Below, in pieces: positions 11,301-21,653 of a DNA stretch of 64,000 nucleotides (the first letter of the stretch is position 1; each line of letters begins with the position of its first letter). The DNA is from Limnothrix sp. BL-A-16 (GTDB taxonomy: Bacteria; Cyanobacteriota; Cyanobacteriia; CACIAM-69d): NCBI GenBank assembly GCA_041937175.2, contig CP166615.1, forward strand, positions 576,001 to 640,000. Reading direction: 5' to 3'. A model generated the notes under the pieces. The model was not told the origin of the DNA and searched no databases. It saw only the letters and a program-made list of their open reading frames with translations. A program made the position numbers and the translations under genes.

Positions 11301-13416
11301 ACTGGCTCACATCCTCGGCCAGGTCTGCATCACCCGTGAGTTCCGAGTCCAGCCAAGGTTCCGGCAAAACGCTATCGGCGGGGGCGGCCGCTTCCAAATC
11401 CGGCTCCACCGACCAATCCTCAAGCCCTGCGAGGGGGCTAAATTCACGGGCGGCGGCCGCTTCGATCGCCTCCGGTGCAGCAGTTGGCTCCCCGATCGCC
11501 TCAAAATTCACCTCTGAAGGGAGGTCTAACCCCAGCGCCGGGCTGGGCCCATCCAGATCCAAGCCGTCGGCCGTTGCGAACGAACCTCCACCGCCGCTAA
11601 AGCTGCTCAAATCTGCCGTAGCGGTGGATTCCGCTTGCCAAGGCAGATCCAGGTTGGTGACCTCGCTGGCAATATCCACCGCGTCGATGATGTCCGCCGG
11701 GGATTGGCCCTCGGGCAAAGAGGGGCTGTCGCTGAGATCCGGCTCTGCGCCGTAATCGAGAGAGGGGGGCGGGGCGATCGCATCCAGGGCGATCGGCAGG
11801 TCTGCGGGCGGGAGGGCGGCTTCGACTGAAGCGGCCACACCCAGCAAGCCAACGCCGGCCACGGTTGTCCCCGTCACGGCGGCCAGGGGATCCCAATCGC
11901 TTGGGTTGGCATCATCTGAGGCTGAATCGCCCGGGGCGGTGGTTTCCGGCTCCACGGGGTCATCAAACCGGAAGATGGCATCCACATCCGAGAAAATTTC
12001 CTCCTCGGAGCCGATCCAGGTGGGATCGCTGGTTTCCAGGTCGTCGCTGGCGGCTGGGGCGGGCGCTTCGGTGGCGATCGCTGGTTCCGTGGTGGGCGAG
12101 TCGATCGCCTCGTCCAGTCCGGCTACTGAATCTCCCGTCGCGATCGACTCCGTTGTTAAGGGCGGCAGATCCAGGGCATTGAAATCAATGTCGCCATCGG
12201 GAGCGAGCATGGGATCCGGTTCGGTGCCCAAAGTGGCCGCTGAGTCAGGGTGGCCCTCAACTGGGGCGATCGTGCTCAGATCTGCCGTGGGGTCATGGGC
12301 CGTGGAGTCGATCGCCAGGTCTAGATCCAAATCCAGCGCATCCGGCACTTGGCCAGCCTCGGCCGTGGCCAGCGCCCCCCCCTGTTCAGTGGCCTCAGGT
12401 TCACCGAAACCCGAACTCCCCGCCCAGTCCGACGCGGCATCGGCGGGTAAGTCATAGTTCAGATCCAAATCGAGGGGCGCTGCTTCCGTAGCGTCGGCGG
12501 GGTCTGCGGTGGCCGCAGCCGTGGCCGCGATCGCCCCACCCCCCAGGGCCGACAGGGCCAAACTGGTGGCGATCGCCGATGAGCGTTCGTCGGCCGCGTT
12601 CGTCGCCTCGGAACGGCCCTCGATCGCGGCCTCGTCGGCCGGCAAATCGCGGCCCAGGGCCGAAGCCAATCGACTGAGCCAATGGTCGAGCACTGCCTCG
12701 CTCTCTTCGCCCAGCACATGCATCCGCTCCAGGGCCGCATTCAGGGCCTCTTCGTAGCGCTGCGAATTGGATTGCAGGGTGCTGGTGATGGCGTTTAGGG
12801 TTGTTTGCAAATGCTCCAGAATGTTGCTGGCGGAGCTATCCAGTTCCGTGAGGTCTTGGTCACTAGGGGCCGCTTCCTTGCGGGCCACAAGCTGCGAAAC
12901 TTGGTCAGTGATGCTGGTTTGCAGGCGATCGCGCACTTGCTGCAAAAAGTCACCAATGATCTGTTCTTGGTTCGCCTGCTGCTGGGCCAAGGATTGGTAA
13001 TACTGGCGCTGGTTTTCCAGTTGGGCAATTTCTTCGCTCAGGATTTGGCGCTGTTGACGCAGAGACTCCAAATCCGACTGGATTGGGGCGATCGCCCCTT
13101 GGCGCAGTTGGTCAATCTCCTGCTGCATCGATCGCAGCAGCCCTTGGGCCAAGGCTTGCACGGTGGTGGTGGCCGGTGGTTCCGTTTGCAAGTCCGGCGC
13201 GAGCGCATCCCAAGACTGCTGAACCCACAGGGCCTCATCGATCGCTACCTCACCGGCATCCGTGGTCGGAGTCGCCAATTGGGTTAAACGACTTCGCACC
13301 TGCTCGATTAAGGCTCGGGGCGCTTGAACCTGCGTTGTATCGTTACCAGCCGCAGCAAGAGCCGCGTCTAGGTCGGCCAAAAGGCTTTTAATTTCCAAGT
13401 CTTGATCGAGCGTCAC
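8308..13416 (-). CDS. Very large, extremely acidic low-complexity protein with an N-terminal coiled coil
   Basis: 1702-aa ORF (GTG start); Q/E/L-rich heptads at about aa 90-240, then about 1400 aa rich in D/E/A/L/P with almost no K/R. Confidence 0.8.
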   Translation of the reverse strand: MTLDQDLEIKSLLADLDAALAAAGNDTTQVQAPRALIEQVRSRLTQLATPTTDAGEVAIDEALWVQQSWDALAPDLQTEPPATTTVQALAQGLLRSMQQEIDQLRQGAIAPIQSDLESLRQQRQILSEEIAQLENQRQYYQSLAQQQANQEQIIGDFLQQVRDRLQTSITDQVSQLVARKEAAPSDQDLTELDSSASNILEHLQTTLNAITSTLQSNSQRYEEALNAALERMHVLGEESEAVLDHWLSRLASALGRDLPADEAAIEGRSEATNAADERSSAIATSLALSALGGGAIAATAAATADPADATEAAPLDLDLNYDLPADAASDWAGSSGFGEPEATEQGGALATAEAGQVPDALDLDLDLAIDSTAHDPTADLSTIAPVEGHPDSAATLGTEPDPMLAPDGDIDFNALDLPPLTTESIATGDSVAGLDEAIDSPTTEPAIATEAPAPAASDDLETSDPTWIGSEEEIFSDVDAIFRFDDPVEPETTAPGDSASDDANPSDWDPLAAVTGTTVAGVGLLGVAASVEAALPPADLPIALDAIAPPPSLDYGAEPDLSDSPSLPEGQSPADIIDAVDIASEVTNLDLPWQAESTATADLSSFSGGGGSFATADGLDLDGPSPALGLDLPSEVNFEAIGEPTAAPEAIEAAAAREFSPLAGLEDWSVEPDLEAAAPADSVLPEPWLDSELTGDADLAEDVSQWDQIAVEAPDAGSSPLEPTDAWDLGNDVPSLEPDAEDSEFAQAFPSEPDPSAGLDFGLGLDPEPELPPLAAELASESEDLGGDLRAELAAWQQPSDAGVSDDLESIAPSIEDSFWQVEEEEQPIESSIAPSTLELPPPEAVATFDPLNPLNQFDQSFEQPLEESFGQLPEPSLDQSEDDLFAQDLDPAIELEPELMSAFDGTPDTRFVAEETPGFEGSWSDEPSDLLAAESAAPAELLGGAADDDLGLDLTLDVASDSDLGAIDLSGNIESLPLGLEADPDKGDLADFGVADLGAIELEGDGASELGGDLNDLDLAADLADDPGSDLAAALGTDLGADLDLSTPADEPNTPDFENLAFLAAPIGSLLTSDQGQPIEETEAEVTFDFWDGEANQPALEPELASEGSDVGDLVLPDDGSGADFGADFGDDLLPGLDLPVDEAIEEPNDFTTDAAIGSVIDLTSEATDFAIASSGDAALESLETPDLDWSSDPLDSSEPSLPNEFAEAFPAESAAVGDLGLDLSLPADEQTQSDPFDAGLEAIAGLRDDLSFGDISNAFGNALDFEATAESPELETDAALNLPEQVDWEAALAEPAVEQNLTAEDLATETATPDAWTDLGNADNPSISAPMELGQFMTDAWTDLDNASDSNVADPEESSDLAAYFVEFSDQPSTAAEAEEQPASLESLDFGDDLDSPIEDLGDDPRTAFGIEGLSDEVGDDLGLEPDFSADFNPGLGADLGSTEFNPLADLETNLETDADPDFLAVVGEANDDPLLEFANDSGLELPELVAEDESDFAADLDLGSDLNLAAEASAGDFDWAADSTPPIAPEGDAAPLEMDNLLLEMGEATDDGAIAPSLLDFNAEAEDLGFGDGATTNAEPLAGLDPLDLDLPSFDEAMGEPLSLDDVTANPLEISSLDQALDMGMAAFELPNASTDGSLDPIALDLTGGTDFDPTAFDAALTEFGESAVSPLGELDPELDALLAESLLADTDLDETKKE

Positions 13417-14183
13417 GACGACAAACCCTTACCCAAACGTTTTGGTTACAGCGCTGTTGACATCTTCTCCACCCCTGATGGGCGGCGATTCCCGAGCCTC
13501 GCGAGTCGGGTTCCTGCTTCTTTCCGTTACGGCTTCTCTAAATCATGGCTGCGACTCGCCAGCGAACGCGGCAATCAGGAGGCTTCCTGCTTTATTGCGG
13601 CGAAGTCGGCTTCATCCGCTCAATCACCGTTGATTAACCCTTACGTTCTAACAGCTACAACCCCAGACATCAACCAACGCGCCGGTCAGCCGCTGCCTTT
13701 GTCCCTTTTGGGTCTTGTTAAATATCCCTGGGCGCGGGTGCGATCGCCCTGCCCATTGATGAGCGATCGCGCTGGGTCGCTTGAAGGGGGGATAGTACCG
13801 TTGATTAACCCCAAAGAAGGTCAGAGAACCACGATGGCCCCAAAGGAGGGCATGGTCACCGCCAGGCGCGGTTGTCCTTGCGCTCAATTCACGCCTACTT
13901 TGCTGGTGGTTTTGCGATTTTTTAACTATCTTTAACAACTGACCGGTGGCCGATCGGCGGTCAATCTTAACCTCTAACTGGGTCTCTCATGCAATTCCGA
14001 TGGGGTGGCGATTCCGGTGGGCTGTAATTCGTCCTGATCAACCCAATCATTTGCTTTTGGCGGCGAGGGCCTTGAAACTAGAGACCAAGGCTTGGCATGA
14101 GGGAGAGAGAAAGTGCTAGGTCTAAAGGTTAGGCGTAAGGTTAGGTATTGATTAATGTTCGTAATTTTGGAGACGATCGCGTC

Positions 14184-14645
14184 ATGAATAGCTGTGTGTT
14201 GATGGCAGAGGTGGTGAAGGATCCCGAACTGCGCTACACGCCGGATAACTTGGCGATCGCGGAGATGTTGGTGCAATTTCCGGGGCAGCGCCCTGAAGAT
14301 CCGTCCGCGACGATTAAGGCGGTGGGGTTTGGCAATTTGGCCAATGAAATTCAGCAGTCTTGCCATCAGGGCGATCGGGTGATTTTGGAAGGCCGACTCA
14401 CCATGACCACGATTGATCGTCCCGAAGGGTTTAAGGAAAAACGGGCCGAGTTGCGGGTGGGCCGCGTTCACAGCCTGGGATCGCTGGCCAGCTCGGCCAT
14501 GGCCGCCCCCGTGGCCCCGCCCACCAATGCCAGCTATCGATCGGCTCCGCCGCCGGCCGCCACCGTGCCGCCCCGTTCGGCCCCGGCTCCGACCCCGGCT
14601 CCGGCTCCGAGTGATGACCTGGATTATGATGAAATTCCGTTTTAA
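14184..14645 (+). CDS. ssb: Single-stranded DNA-binding protein
   Basis: MNSCVLMAEVVKDPELRYT OB-fold start; Pro/Ala linker; acidic C-terminal DEIPF. Confidence 0.9.
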   Translation: MNSCVLMAEVVKDPELRYTPDNLAIAEMLVQFPGQRPEDPSATIKAVGFGNLANEIQQSCHQGDRVILEGRLTMTTIDRPEGFKEKRAELRVGRVHSLGSLASSAMAAPVAPPTNASYRSAPPPAATVPPRSAPAPTPAPAPSDDLDYDEIPF

Positions 14646-14729
14646 CGAGTTGAATTCAGTCAAATTTAGTTGAATTTAGTTGAATTCAAAGGTTCAAACT
14701 TTCGGAGTTGAACTCCTTGAATCAGGCCC

Positions 14730-15884
14730 TCAGGCTACGATCTCGCCCGATCGCACCGTCAGCACCTGGGCCGAATCCAGCCAGCGAGCATCAAAGGCTC
14801 CCAGGTGCGTGGTGGTGACAATGGTTTGAAACCGATCGGCGATCGCCCCCAATAATTGGTTTTGGCGGGCTAAGTCCAGTTCCGCCAACACGTCATCTAA
14901 CAGCAACAACGGCGGTTCCCCCACCACGGCCTCGATCGCGCAAAGTTCCGCCAGCTTCAGCGCCAAAACTAACGTGCGTTGTTGCCCTTGGGAGCCGTAC
15001 TGTTTGGCCGGGGCATCATCCACCGCCAGGATCACTTCGTCCCGGTGGGGGCCCACCAGGGATGTGCCTTGGTATTGCTCAATGTCTGCCCGATCGCGCA
15101 TTTGGGCCAGCAAGGTGGCTTCAATGGCCCGCGCTTCTTCCAGGGCCGGCAACTGCCACACATCCGGCACGATCGCCACATTTGGCGCGTAGGTAATCGT
15201 CAGGGTTTCCACGCGGCCGCTAATGGCCCCATGCCAACGACTGGCCAAGGGGGCTAACCGAGCGATCGCCCTGGCTCGCCGTCGAATTAGTCGGGTTCCC
15301 GTAGCCGCCAATTGCGCATCCCAAACGGCCAACTCCGCCGCCCGATCGCTCAGGGCCTGCCCCTGGCGGCGTTGCTTGGCCCAATCCCGCAGCAGGGCAT
15401 TCCGTTGGCGTAACACCCGCTCGTATTGGCGCAGCAGGTGCGCATAGATTGGCTCCAGTTGCATCACCAAGCCATCTAACCAACGGCGGCGCTGTTCCGG
15501 CCCGCCCCGCACCAAATCCAGATCCAGACTGGAAAATTCCACCGCATTCAGGGATCCCAGCCCGTCCAATTGTCGCCGCAGGGTTTCGCCACTCCGTACC
15601 AGGGTGCGTCTGCCCACCCGTCGCAGACTCAAGCTCAGTTCCAGGGGCCCCGCTGCCCGATCGATCCAACCGGTAATTTGGGCGCAGTCTTGGGCCGATC
15701 GCACCAAGTCTCCATCTCGGCTGGTGCGGTGCGATCGCAGGGTGGCCAACAACTCCACCGCCTCCAAGAGGTTGGATTTGCCCTGGGCATTGTCTCCCAC
15801 CAAAATCGTCTTGGGTGCAACAAATTCAACCCACTGCTCGGCATAGTTCCGAAACTGGCGCAGATGCAGACGCTGGAGATACAC
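14730..15884 (-). CDS. recF: DNA replication/repair protein RecF
   Basis: FRNY, Walker [37 protein letters not shown] start inferred at 15884. Confidence 0.96.
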   Translation of the reverse strand: MYLQRLHLRQFRNYAEQWVEFVAPKTILVGDNAQGKSNLLEAVELLATLRSHRTSRDGDLVRSAQDCAQITGWIDRAAGPLELSLSLRRVGRRTLVRSGETLRRQLDGLGSLNAVEFSSLDLDLVRGGPEQRRRWLDGLVMQLEPIYAHLLRQYERVLRQRNALLRDWAKQRRQGQALSDRAAELAVWDAQLAATGTRLIRRRARAIARLAPLASRWHGAISGRVETLTITYAPNVAIVPDVWQLPALEEARAIEATLLAQMRDRADIEQYQGTSLVGPHRDEVILAVDDAPAKQYGSQGQQRTLVLALKLAELCAIEAVVGEPPLLLLDDVLAELDLARQNQLLGAIADRFQTIVTTTHLGAFDARWLDSAQVLTVRSGEIVA

Positions 15885-16084
15885 GACGGCGACCGGGGCG
15901 ATCGAAAAGAACCCAACCATCAAAACACCAAACGTCCTCTCCCACGCGCCGCAAGTTCGTTGTGCCGGTGCAAACCCGTTCGCTCGGGGGACTGAAGCCT
16001 ACGCTGCTAACGAATACTCCAATGAGCACTCACTCCAATGAGCACTCAATAAGCACTCATTAGATATCTAGATATCTCCTAGGA

Positions 16085-16609
16085 TCACTTGTGGCGGGCC
16101 GCACGAATTACATGGGGCAATACACCGACGGCCGCCGCTAAGACTTGATCGGGTAACTTGTCAATATCAGGGCGATCGAAAAATTCTTCAAACTGATCCA
16201 GCAGCTTGCGGGCCCGCTGCTTAGCATCACCCCGTGCCGTGAATCGTTCCACCAACTTCAGCCATTGCAACCGAATTCGATAGCCTGTTTCCTGCTCCTT
16301 CAGAGACTTGGGCAGCAACAGCTCAAAATCTCCCAATGGAATCACCGCCTGACAGTCTTGATCCACCAGACCGCCCACCGCCGCCCCGGGCCCCGCAAAT
16401 TCAGCATAAAATTCCTTGATCAACAACAGGCCATTGCGACGGCGGTTGTTGACAATCCAAACCTGACCACTCAGAACACGGCCGAGGGGCGATTCGGGGT
16501 TGATCGGATCGAGGGGGGGTGGGTCAAGCTGAAACACAGAGGCGGCGTGGGACGAGTCTCGGTGGGCGGCGACTGAAAAACGATCGGGAGAGAGAGAGAG
16601 GCGAATCAC
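16085..16609 (-). CDS. Conserved cyanobacterial hypothetical protein (possibly a degenerate Crp-like regulator)
   Basis: RRRNGLLL...FYAEFAGPGAAVGG...IRLQW...QFEEFF motif pattern with an HTH-like C-terminus (LAAAVGVLP). Confidence 0.6.
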   Translation of the reverse strand: MIRLSLSPDRFSVAAHRDSSHAASVFQLDPPPLDPINPESPLGRVLSGQVWIVNNRRRNGLLLIKEFYAEFAGPGAAVGGLVDQDCQAVIPLGDFELLLPKSLKEQETGYRIRLQWLKLVERFTARGDAKQRARKLLDQFEEFFDRPDIDKLPDQVLAAAVGVLPHVIRAARHK

Positions 16610-16618
16610 GGTCGTAGC

Positions 16619-17254
16619 TTACCCCAATGGCTTTTGCAACAACAGACGTGTGGGACGTTGCCAACTGGGTCGAGAACCACCGCCCGATCGCCCGCTGGGC
16701 AAAAAGCCAGCTCGATCGTATAACCGCCTCGCCGCACAATTATCGGCCAGGACATGAAGATACAGGGCGGAACTATCCCAGTGACGTGCCACTTCTTCGC
16801 AAGCGGACAGGAGCTGGGTGGCAACTCCCCGCCGACGATAATCGGTGTGTACCGCCAGATTGGAAATGTAGGGATAGTGATGTTGGTTCAATCGCCAAGG
16901 CAGATTGGAGCGTGCTGCAATCTCGATCGTGCCGATCAGCTCAGGATGATGAACCCGACCCGTCGCCGCCGTGGGAGCCGTGAGAGCCACCAAACACAGA
17001 CAGCGATCGCGTTGGGATTGCAGTCGCGTTCGCAAATCTTCGTAGATGCCAGCCCGCAACAGGGGAAATAGCCAACGCCACCAGCCTTGTCGTCGGTGAA
17101 AGCTGTCCGCCAACAAATCGGCTAACTCGGCTAAGTCTCGAAACTCCGCCGGTCGGATTTGCAAGGGCAGATCAGCGCATGGATAACGCGATCGAACCAA
17201 GTTTTGGGGAATCAGCATGAGCAACGGGGCCACAATCTTAGGAACACCAACCAC
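16619..17254 (-). CDS. GNAT family N-acetyltransferase
   Basis: YISNLAV..YRRRGVA acetyl-CoA motif; LHVLADNCAARRLY..AGF. Confidence 0.88.
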   Translation of the reverse strand: MVGVPKIVAPLLMLIPQNLVRSRYPCADLPLQIRPAEFRDLAELADLLADSFHRRQGWWRWLFPLLRAGIYEDLRTRLQSQRDRCLCLVALTAPTAATGRVHHPELIGTIEIAARSNLPWRLNQHHYPYISNLAVHTDYRRRGVATQLLSACEEVARHWDSSALYLHVLADNCAARRLYDRAGFLPSGRSGGGSRPSWQRPTRLLLQKPLG

Positions 17255-18220
17255 CCATCAACAGCAGCGAACTGCCTTGATGCTAACCATCTTCACACCT
17301 GTGCCGACTGTTGATTAGCCTCCTCAGTCTCGGGCATTTTCTGGGGTGCGTTTGGGGCCCCCGATGGGGACTCTTTTTGAGGTCTTTGGGGGATGGGGTG
17401 TCTGGCCACCTAGCGATCGATCAACACTCAACACCATGGTTGATAACAATCGATAGGGAAAATTGCGGGAAGGTTAACTGAATTTCGCCTACCTACCAAT
17501 CAAATCCCTGTCAATGTCGATACCATGAAATCTCATTGCCCCAATGCCGCATTGGCAAGCTCCTAGAACTCATTTATCTCCGCTTAGAACCAACAGTCCG
17601 GTGGTTTCTGAGCGGTTTTTTGAATCATCTTCTTGGGGGAAGAGCAAAGTTTGTGTTTGATCATATCCCGCTCTGCCCAAAACCAAATCAGGGTCTGATC
17701 CTAGGCAATCGGGTATTGATTGACACATGGAGATCCTGGAAAGCCGAGATCTGCAAAAAAGAGGAGCGATCGCCTCAGTCCAGCATTCAATTAGGTGCTC
17801 AGAAAGCAGGTCTCAACAATCCGCTAGGTATGAAACTTAACCTGAATTTGATTAATTCAGGCTCTGTTGCGATCATAAAGCAACAAGAACTAAATTGAAT
17901 TTAGAGAAAACACCATCCAAACTTCAGCTTAATTTAGACCCCAAATGTTGACAAATGGGTATGGCTACAGCTTCCTGACAGACTTTCTTGAATTGTGCCG
18001 CGCACTATCCTCACAGCACCCATACAACCCATCTTGAGTTGATTCTAGGGTTGTCGTTAAATTACGATTCATCCATTATTTGGCGAAATCCATAAAAACT
18101 CAATCTATCTCTCCAATCTTCAAGCAATCTTTAAATAAGATCGACAAAATCAGGTTGCTCATCCATCACTTTTACTAAAGGGAGAAGTCAGGTTTTCGGA
18201 GGGGTAGAGACGGATTTTGG

Positions 18221-18261
18221 CAGCAACCAATCCCCATAGGACGCAATGGGGCTGGTTGCTG
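18221..18261. terminator. Inverted repeat/hairpin downstream of the GH10-like gene
   Basis: cagcaacca.tccccat...atgggg.tggttgctg forms an imperfect stem. Confidence 0.5.
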
Positions 18262-18305
18262 AAGGGGCTGATGCAGCCCAGCGATCGGCCGCGCGTGGGC
18301 GATGA

Positions 18306-20144
18306 CTAGCGATTGGAACGGAAGGCGGGATTGAAAAAGAGTCGGCGGATGGTTTGTTGGCGGCGCTCTCGGTTCTCAGAGGTCAAATTCCAGAGGCTTT
18401 CATAGAAAAAGAAGGACACGCCGGCCAGTTGCTTTTGGCGCACCAGTTGCACTTGGGTGGCCACGCGATCGATCGGCATGGGCTTGACCTTCAGCCCCGT
18501 GAGAATGCCGACGCTGACGGGAATTTTGTAACTGGCAATTTGTAAATCCCGATCGAGCAGTTCCGCTTCAAAGAGGGCCGGATCTTCCCGGTAAATTTGC
18601 ACAATCAGTTCATCAATCCAGCCACGCCCCACCCAGTCTGACCAAGATTGCAAGGAAGTGCTGTAGGCAAAGGGTTGGGGATTGGGCGAAAGGGACATGA
18701 TCGCGGTCGATCGCTTGGCCTTGAGGGTTTGTTGAATTTGCCCCATCAGTTGCGTTAGCCGCCCCGATCGCCAGCGCATCCAGTCTGGATCGGTGGCTAA
18801 ATCCGGCGGGGTTTGGCCATCTCGCTCCAGGGCGTATTGGGCCAAGGTGGTGGGGTCATAGCCCAACTCCACCGGATAGGCGAAATGATCGTCAAATTGA
18901 ATCCCATCCACCGGGTAGCGAGCAGCCAGCTCATCCACCAAATCGGTCATAAATTTCTGCACATCCGGGTGGCCAGGATTCAGCCAAACTCGGGTATCGC
19001 GTCCGTATTGAAACCGGTTGGAGCCGTCACGGCGCTGGGCAATCCAGCCCGGATTCCGTCGAGCTAACTCGGAGTTGGCCGGAGCCATTAGCCCAAATTC
19101 CAGCCAGGGCACAACGGCCAAACCCAAACGACGACCTTCGGCGATCGCCTCGGCGAGGATGTCTCGCCCTTGCAGGCCGGGGTGGGGGTCAATGCGTTGA
19201 CCGCTGGCCCGTTCAGCCACTTCGCTGGGGTAGAGGGTGTAGCCACCGTTCCAAACGGTGATGTAAACGGTGTTGAAGTTGGCGGCCTTCAGGTTTTCGA
19301 GGGCCTGGCGCAGGCGATCGCGATCGAACAGAATATCGCTGTCAATGTTGGTTAACCAAGCGCCGCGTGTTTCCGGCGGCCGGGCCACGAAGGGCGTGAA
19401 GGCATCGGTGGCGGGGGTTTCCAACCGATCATTCAGGGCCTGGCAGAGGAAAGCGGCGGCTTCCCCTCGGGTGACCGATCGCTCCGGTTCCAAGCGGCGG
19501 GGATTGGGATAGCTCACCACCTTGCCAGCCCGGACGGCGGCGGCCACGGCCGATCGCACCGGAAATTCCACCCGTTCGCCATCTTCAAAGGTTTGACGCA
19601 GCAGGGTTCCGGCCCGAGGGTCGGCCGCGTTATCCGTCCAGCCCAAGCGGGTCATGATGATGGCAATGGCCCGATCGCGGCGCAGGGGTTCGTTGTCTTT
19701 GCTGGTGCGGGCGATCGGGGGGCCTTCCGGCACGGCCTGATTCAACAGGTGGGCCAAATCTCCCGGGGTGGCCGGTTCATCGGGCTGAAATTGTCCGGCG
19801 CTGTTCAGGGGTAACCATCGCCGCTCAGCCAAGGCCGCCAAGCAACTGCGCGACCAATGATCGCCGCCATCGGTGGGGGCTGCGATCGCCCCCAGCGCCA
19901 GGGGCCCCGCCACGATCGCGCCCGAGAGTAATGCGCCCGAGAGTAATTGGCTGGGGCGTAATCGGCCCGACAATAACCCGCCCGAAAGTAATTTGCCCGG
20001 GCGTAATCTGTCCGGGCGTAATCTGCCCAAGAATAGTTTGGTGAAGGTCTTCGTGAATAACTGGGTTGAGCGCTGAGTAAATGGCTTGGCTAATGCTTGG
20101 GAGTTGGCCAAAACGCCGGATGGGGGCGCTGGGGGGTTGGTCAT
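18306..20144 (-). CDS. Glycoside hydrolase family 10-like (GHL10/DUF187) protein with N-terminal SLH domains
   Basis: SLH-like HWS..C...FQPDEPAT and PERSVTRGEAAAFL; ETRGAWLTN, PWLEFG, DGIQFDDHF, IVQIYR; start uncertain (20144 or 20210). Confidence 0.85.
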   Translation of the reverse strand: MTNPPAPPSGVLANSQALAKPFTQRSTQLFTKTFTKLFLGRLRPDRLRPGKLLSGGLLSGRLRPSQLLSGALLSGAIVAGPLALGAIAAPTDGGDHWSRSCLAALAERRWLPLNSAGQFQPDEPATPGDLAHLLNQAVPEGPPIARTSKDNEPLRRDRAIAIIMTRLGWTDNAADPRAGTLLRQTFEDGERVEFPVRSAVAAAVRAGKVVSYPNPRRLEPERSVTRGEAAAFLCQALNDRLETPATDAFTPFVARPPETRGAWLTNIDSDILFDRDRLRQALENLKAANFNTVYITVWNGGYTLYPSEVAERASGQRIDPHPGLQGRDILAEAIAEGRRLGLAVVPWLEFGLMAPANSELARRNPGWIAQRRDGSNRFQYGRDTRVWLNPGHPDVQKFMTDLVDELAARYPVDGIQFDDHFAYPVELGYDPTTLAQYALERDGQTPPDLATDPDWMRWRSGRLTQLMGQIQQTLKAKRSTAIMSLSPNPQPFAYSTSLQSWSDWVGRGWIDELIVQIYREDPALFEAELLDRDLQIASYKIPVSVGILTGLKVKPMPIDRVATQVQLVRQKQLAGVSFFFYESLWNLTSENRERRQQTIRRLFFNPAFRSNR

Positions 20145-20275
20145 GGTGTTTGCTGCCCGTTCGATCGCATGTTCACCGCAGGGGCGGAAATGCCCAAGGA
20201 TATAGCGCAATACGAACCATTGCTGACGGGGCCGGCATAGATTGCCTAAAAATCTCCGTCTATCCGCCTATTTCC

Positions 20276-20881
20276 CTAACCTTCACCCTTCTCGCCGCAG
20301 AGAATGAACAACGGGTCGATCGCCGCCAAAACCTGGCTGTTGGCCCGCCGCTCCAAGCGATTGCCCGCCGCTTGCACCACCTCAATGTTCAGCGCTTGCA
20401 CCTCCGCCAGGGCTTCCGAAAGGGCGTATAGGCCCTCCAGGCTGGTAGACAGGGCCACCACCCGCCCCCCCAAGGGCAGCCGTTCCCACACCGTTTCCAG
20501 CAATTCCTTCAGGGGCCGCCCACCACCGATGCAGACTCGATCGGGCGGTTGCTTCAGTAGACCAAAACAGTCCGGCGCGCTCCCTTCCACCACCCGCACA
20601 TTCTTGACCCCAAAGCGATCGCAGTTGGTGCGAATCAGTTGCACCACGTCGGAATCTCGCTCGATCGCCACCACTCGCCCTTGCGGAATCATCAAAGCCG
20701 CTTCCACCGAAATCGTCCCCGTTCCTGCGCCGATATCCCACAGCACGGAATTGGCCGACAACCGCAGCATCGACAAAATCGCCAGCCGGGTTTCGCGCTT
20801 GGTCATCGGAATGCCCGGCAACCGCTCAAACAAGTCGTCGGGAATACCAGGTGTGACGTAGGGCCAAAGAGGTGTGGTCAT
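20276..20881 (-). CDS. cbiT: Precorrin-6B C15-methyltransferase subunit CbiT
   Basis: WPYVTPGIPDDLF...PMTKRETR; SAM motif WDIGAGTG. Confidence 0.9.
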   Translation of the reverse strand: MTTPLWPYVTPGIPDDLFERLPGIPMTKRETRLAILSMLRLSANSVLWDIGAGTGTISVEAALMIPQGRVVAIERDSDVVQLIRTNCDRFGVKNVRVVEGSAPDCFGLLKQPPDRVCIGGGRPLKELLETVWERLPLGGRVVALSTSLEGLYALSEALAEVQALNIEVVQAAGNRLERRANSQVLAAIDPLFILCGEKGEG

Positions 20882-20900
20882 AAGAACTCAACGATATCAA

Positions 20901-20945
20901 GGTTTCGAGAACTGGGGTTTCGAGAACTGGGGTTTCGAGAACTGG
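20901..20945. repeat. 15-bp tandem repeat x3 (GGTTTCGAGAACTGG)
   Basis: Directly visible perfect tandem units. Confidence 0.9.
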
Positions 20946-21150
20946 TCGTCATTGTCTGGAATCAAGCGGAAACGGTTAATTTTTCATGCCCTAACCGCCC
21001 TAGACAAGGGGCTTAAGCCCCTTGTCCCCACGATCCGCCAACGCCCTTGCCACCCCGATTCGCCAACGCCCTTGCCACCCCGATTCGCCAACGCCCTTGC
21101 CCCCCCGATCCGCCAACGGTGGAATCAGGATTGTGGGAGACTTGACGGCA
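20944..21150 (-). mobile_element. Diverged MITE copy (family of 57972-58113) with an internal ~25-bp tandem expansion
   Basis: Aligns by eye to the reverse complement of 57972-58113; contains the CAAGGGGCTTAAGCCCCTTG palindrome and three cgccaacgcccttgcc.ccccgat units. Confidence 0.7.
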
Positions 21151-21653
21151 ATCACTCAGCCCCTGCCCCGATTCACTCAGGGTGGAATCAGGGTTTCGAT
21201 CGACTGGCCGATCGCCCCGGAATGGGCTGATTTATAAATTAATAATTCTGATTAATCAAGATTTGTTTCATTAGTTGATTGGATGACGCTTGATTCTTCA
21301 ATCGCTTTATAGTTATAAAACGAATACAGGTTCGGGCTGGGGTCACTCAATTCCTGGGAGATTGAGCGTCCCATCTCAATGGGCAATGTCATCAGGTCAG
21401 GGGCTGAAGGCTAATTGGGCGATCGCTTGCGGGTTGCTCAAAGCATTAGCTCTCTGAATCTAAGGCATTGCCCGTCACTGGAGTGCTAGTCCCATAGGGG
21501 CATAGGGAATCGCTTTCGACTTGTTCGATCGCCCCTGTGCCCCCATTTAATTCCTGCTTACCCGGCCTCCAGTGGCCATAACCCCAAGTCTGGTGGGCTT
21601 TCTGAGTCCCCAGAATACCAACCTTGACCAAGGTTTGACAGAGGTATTACCCC

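Noticed and set aside
8318..12757. Long Ser-rich plus-strand ORFs
   Set aside because: Antisense shadows of the acidic 1702-aa gene
15900..16020. GC-rich stretch upstream of recF resembling a riboswitch or 6S RNA (ccggtgcaaacccg; gtgggagagg on the minus strand)
   Set aside because: Only short fragments match; the other conserved elements are not visible; needs an Rfam search
17536..17898. 120-aa ORF in the AT-rich gap
   Set aside because: TTG start, no recognisable motifs and atypical composition
21230..21653. FNR- or ChlR-type binding site upstream of the D1' psbA
   Set aside because: The region is AT-rich, but I could not identify a convincing consensus match
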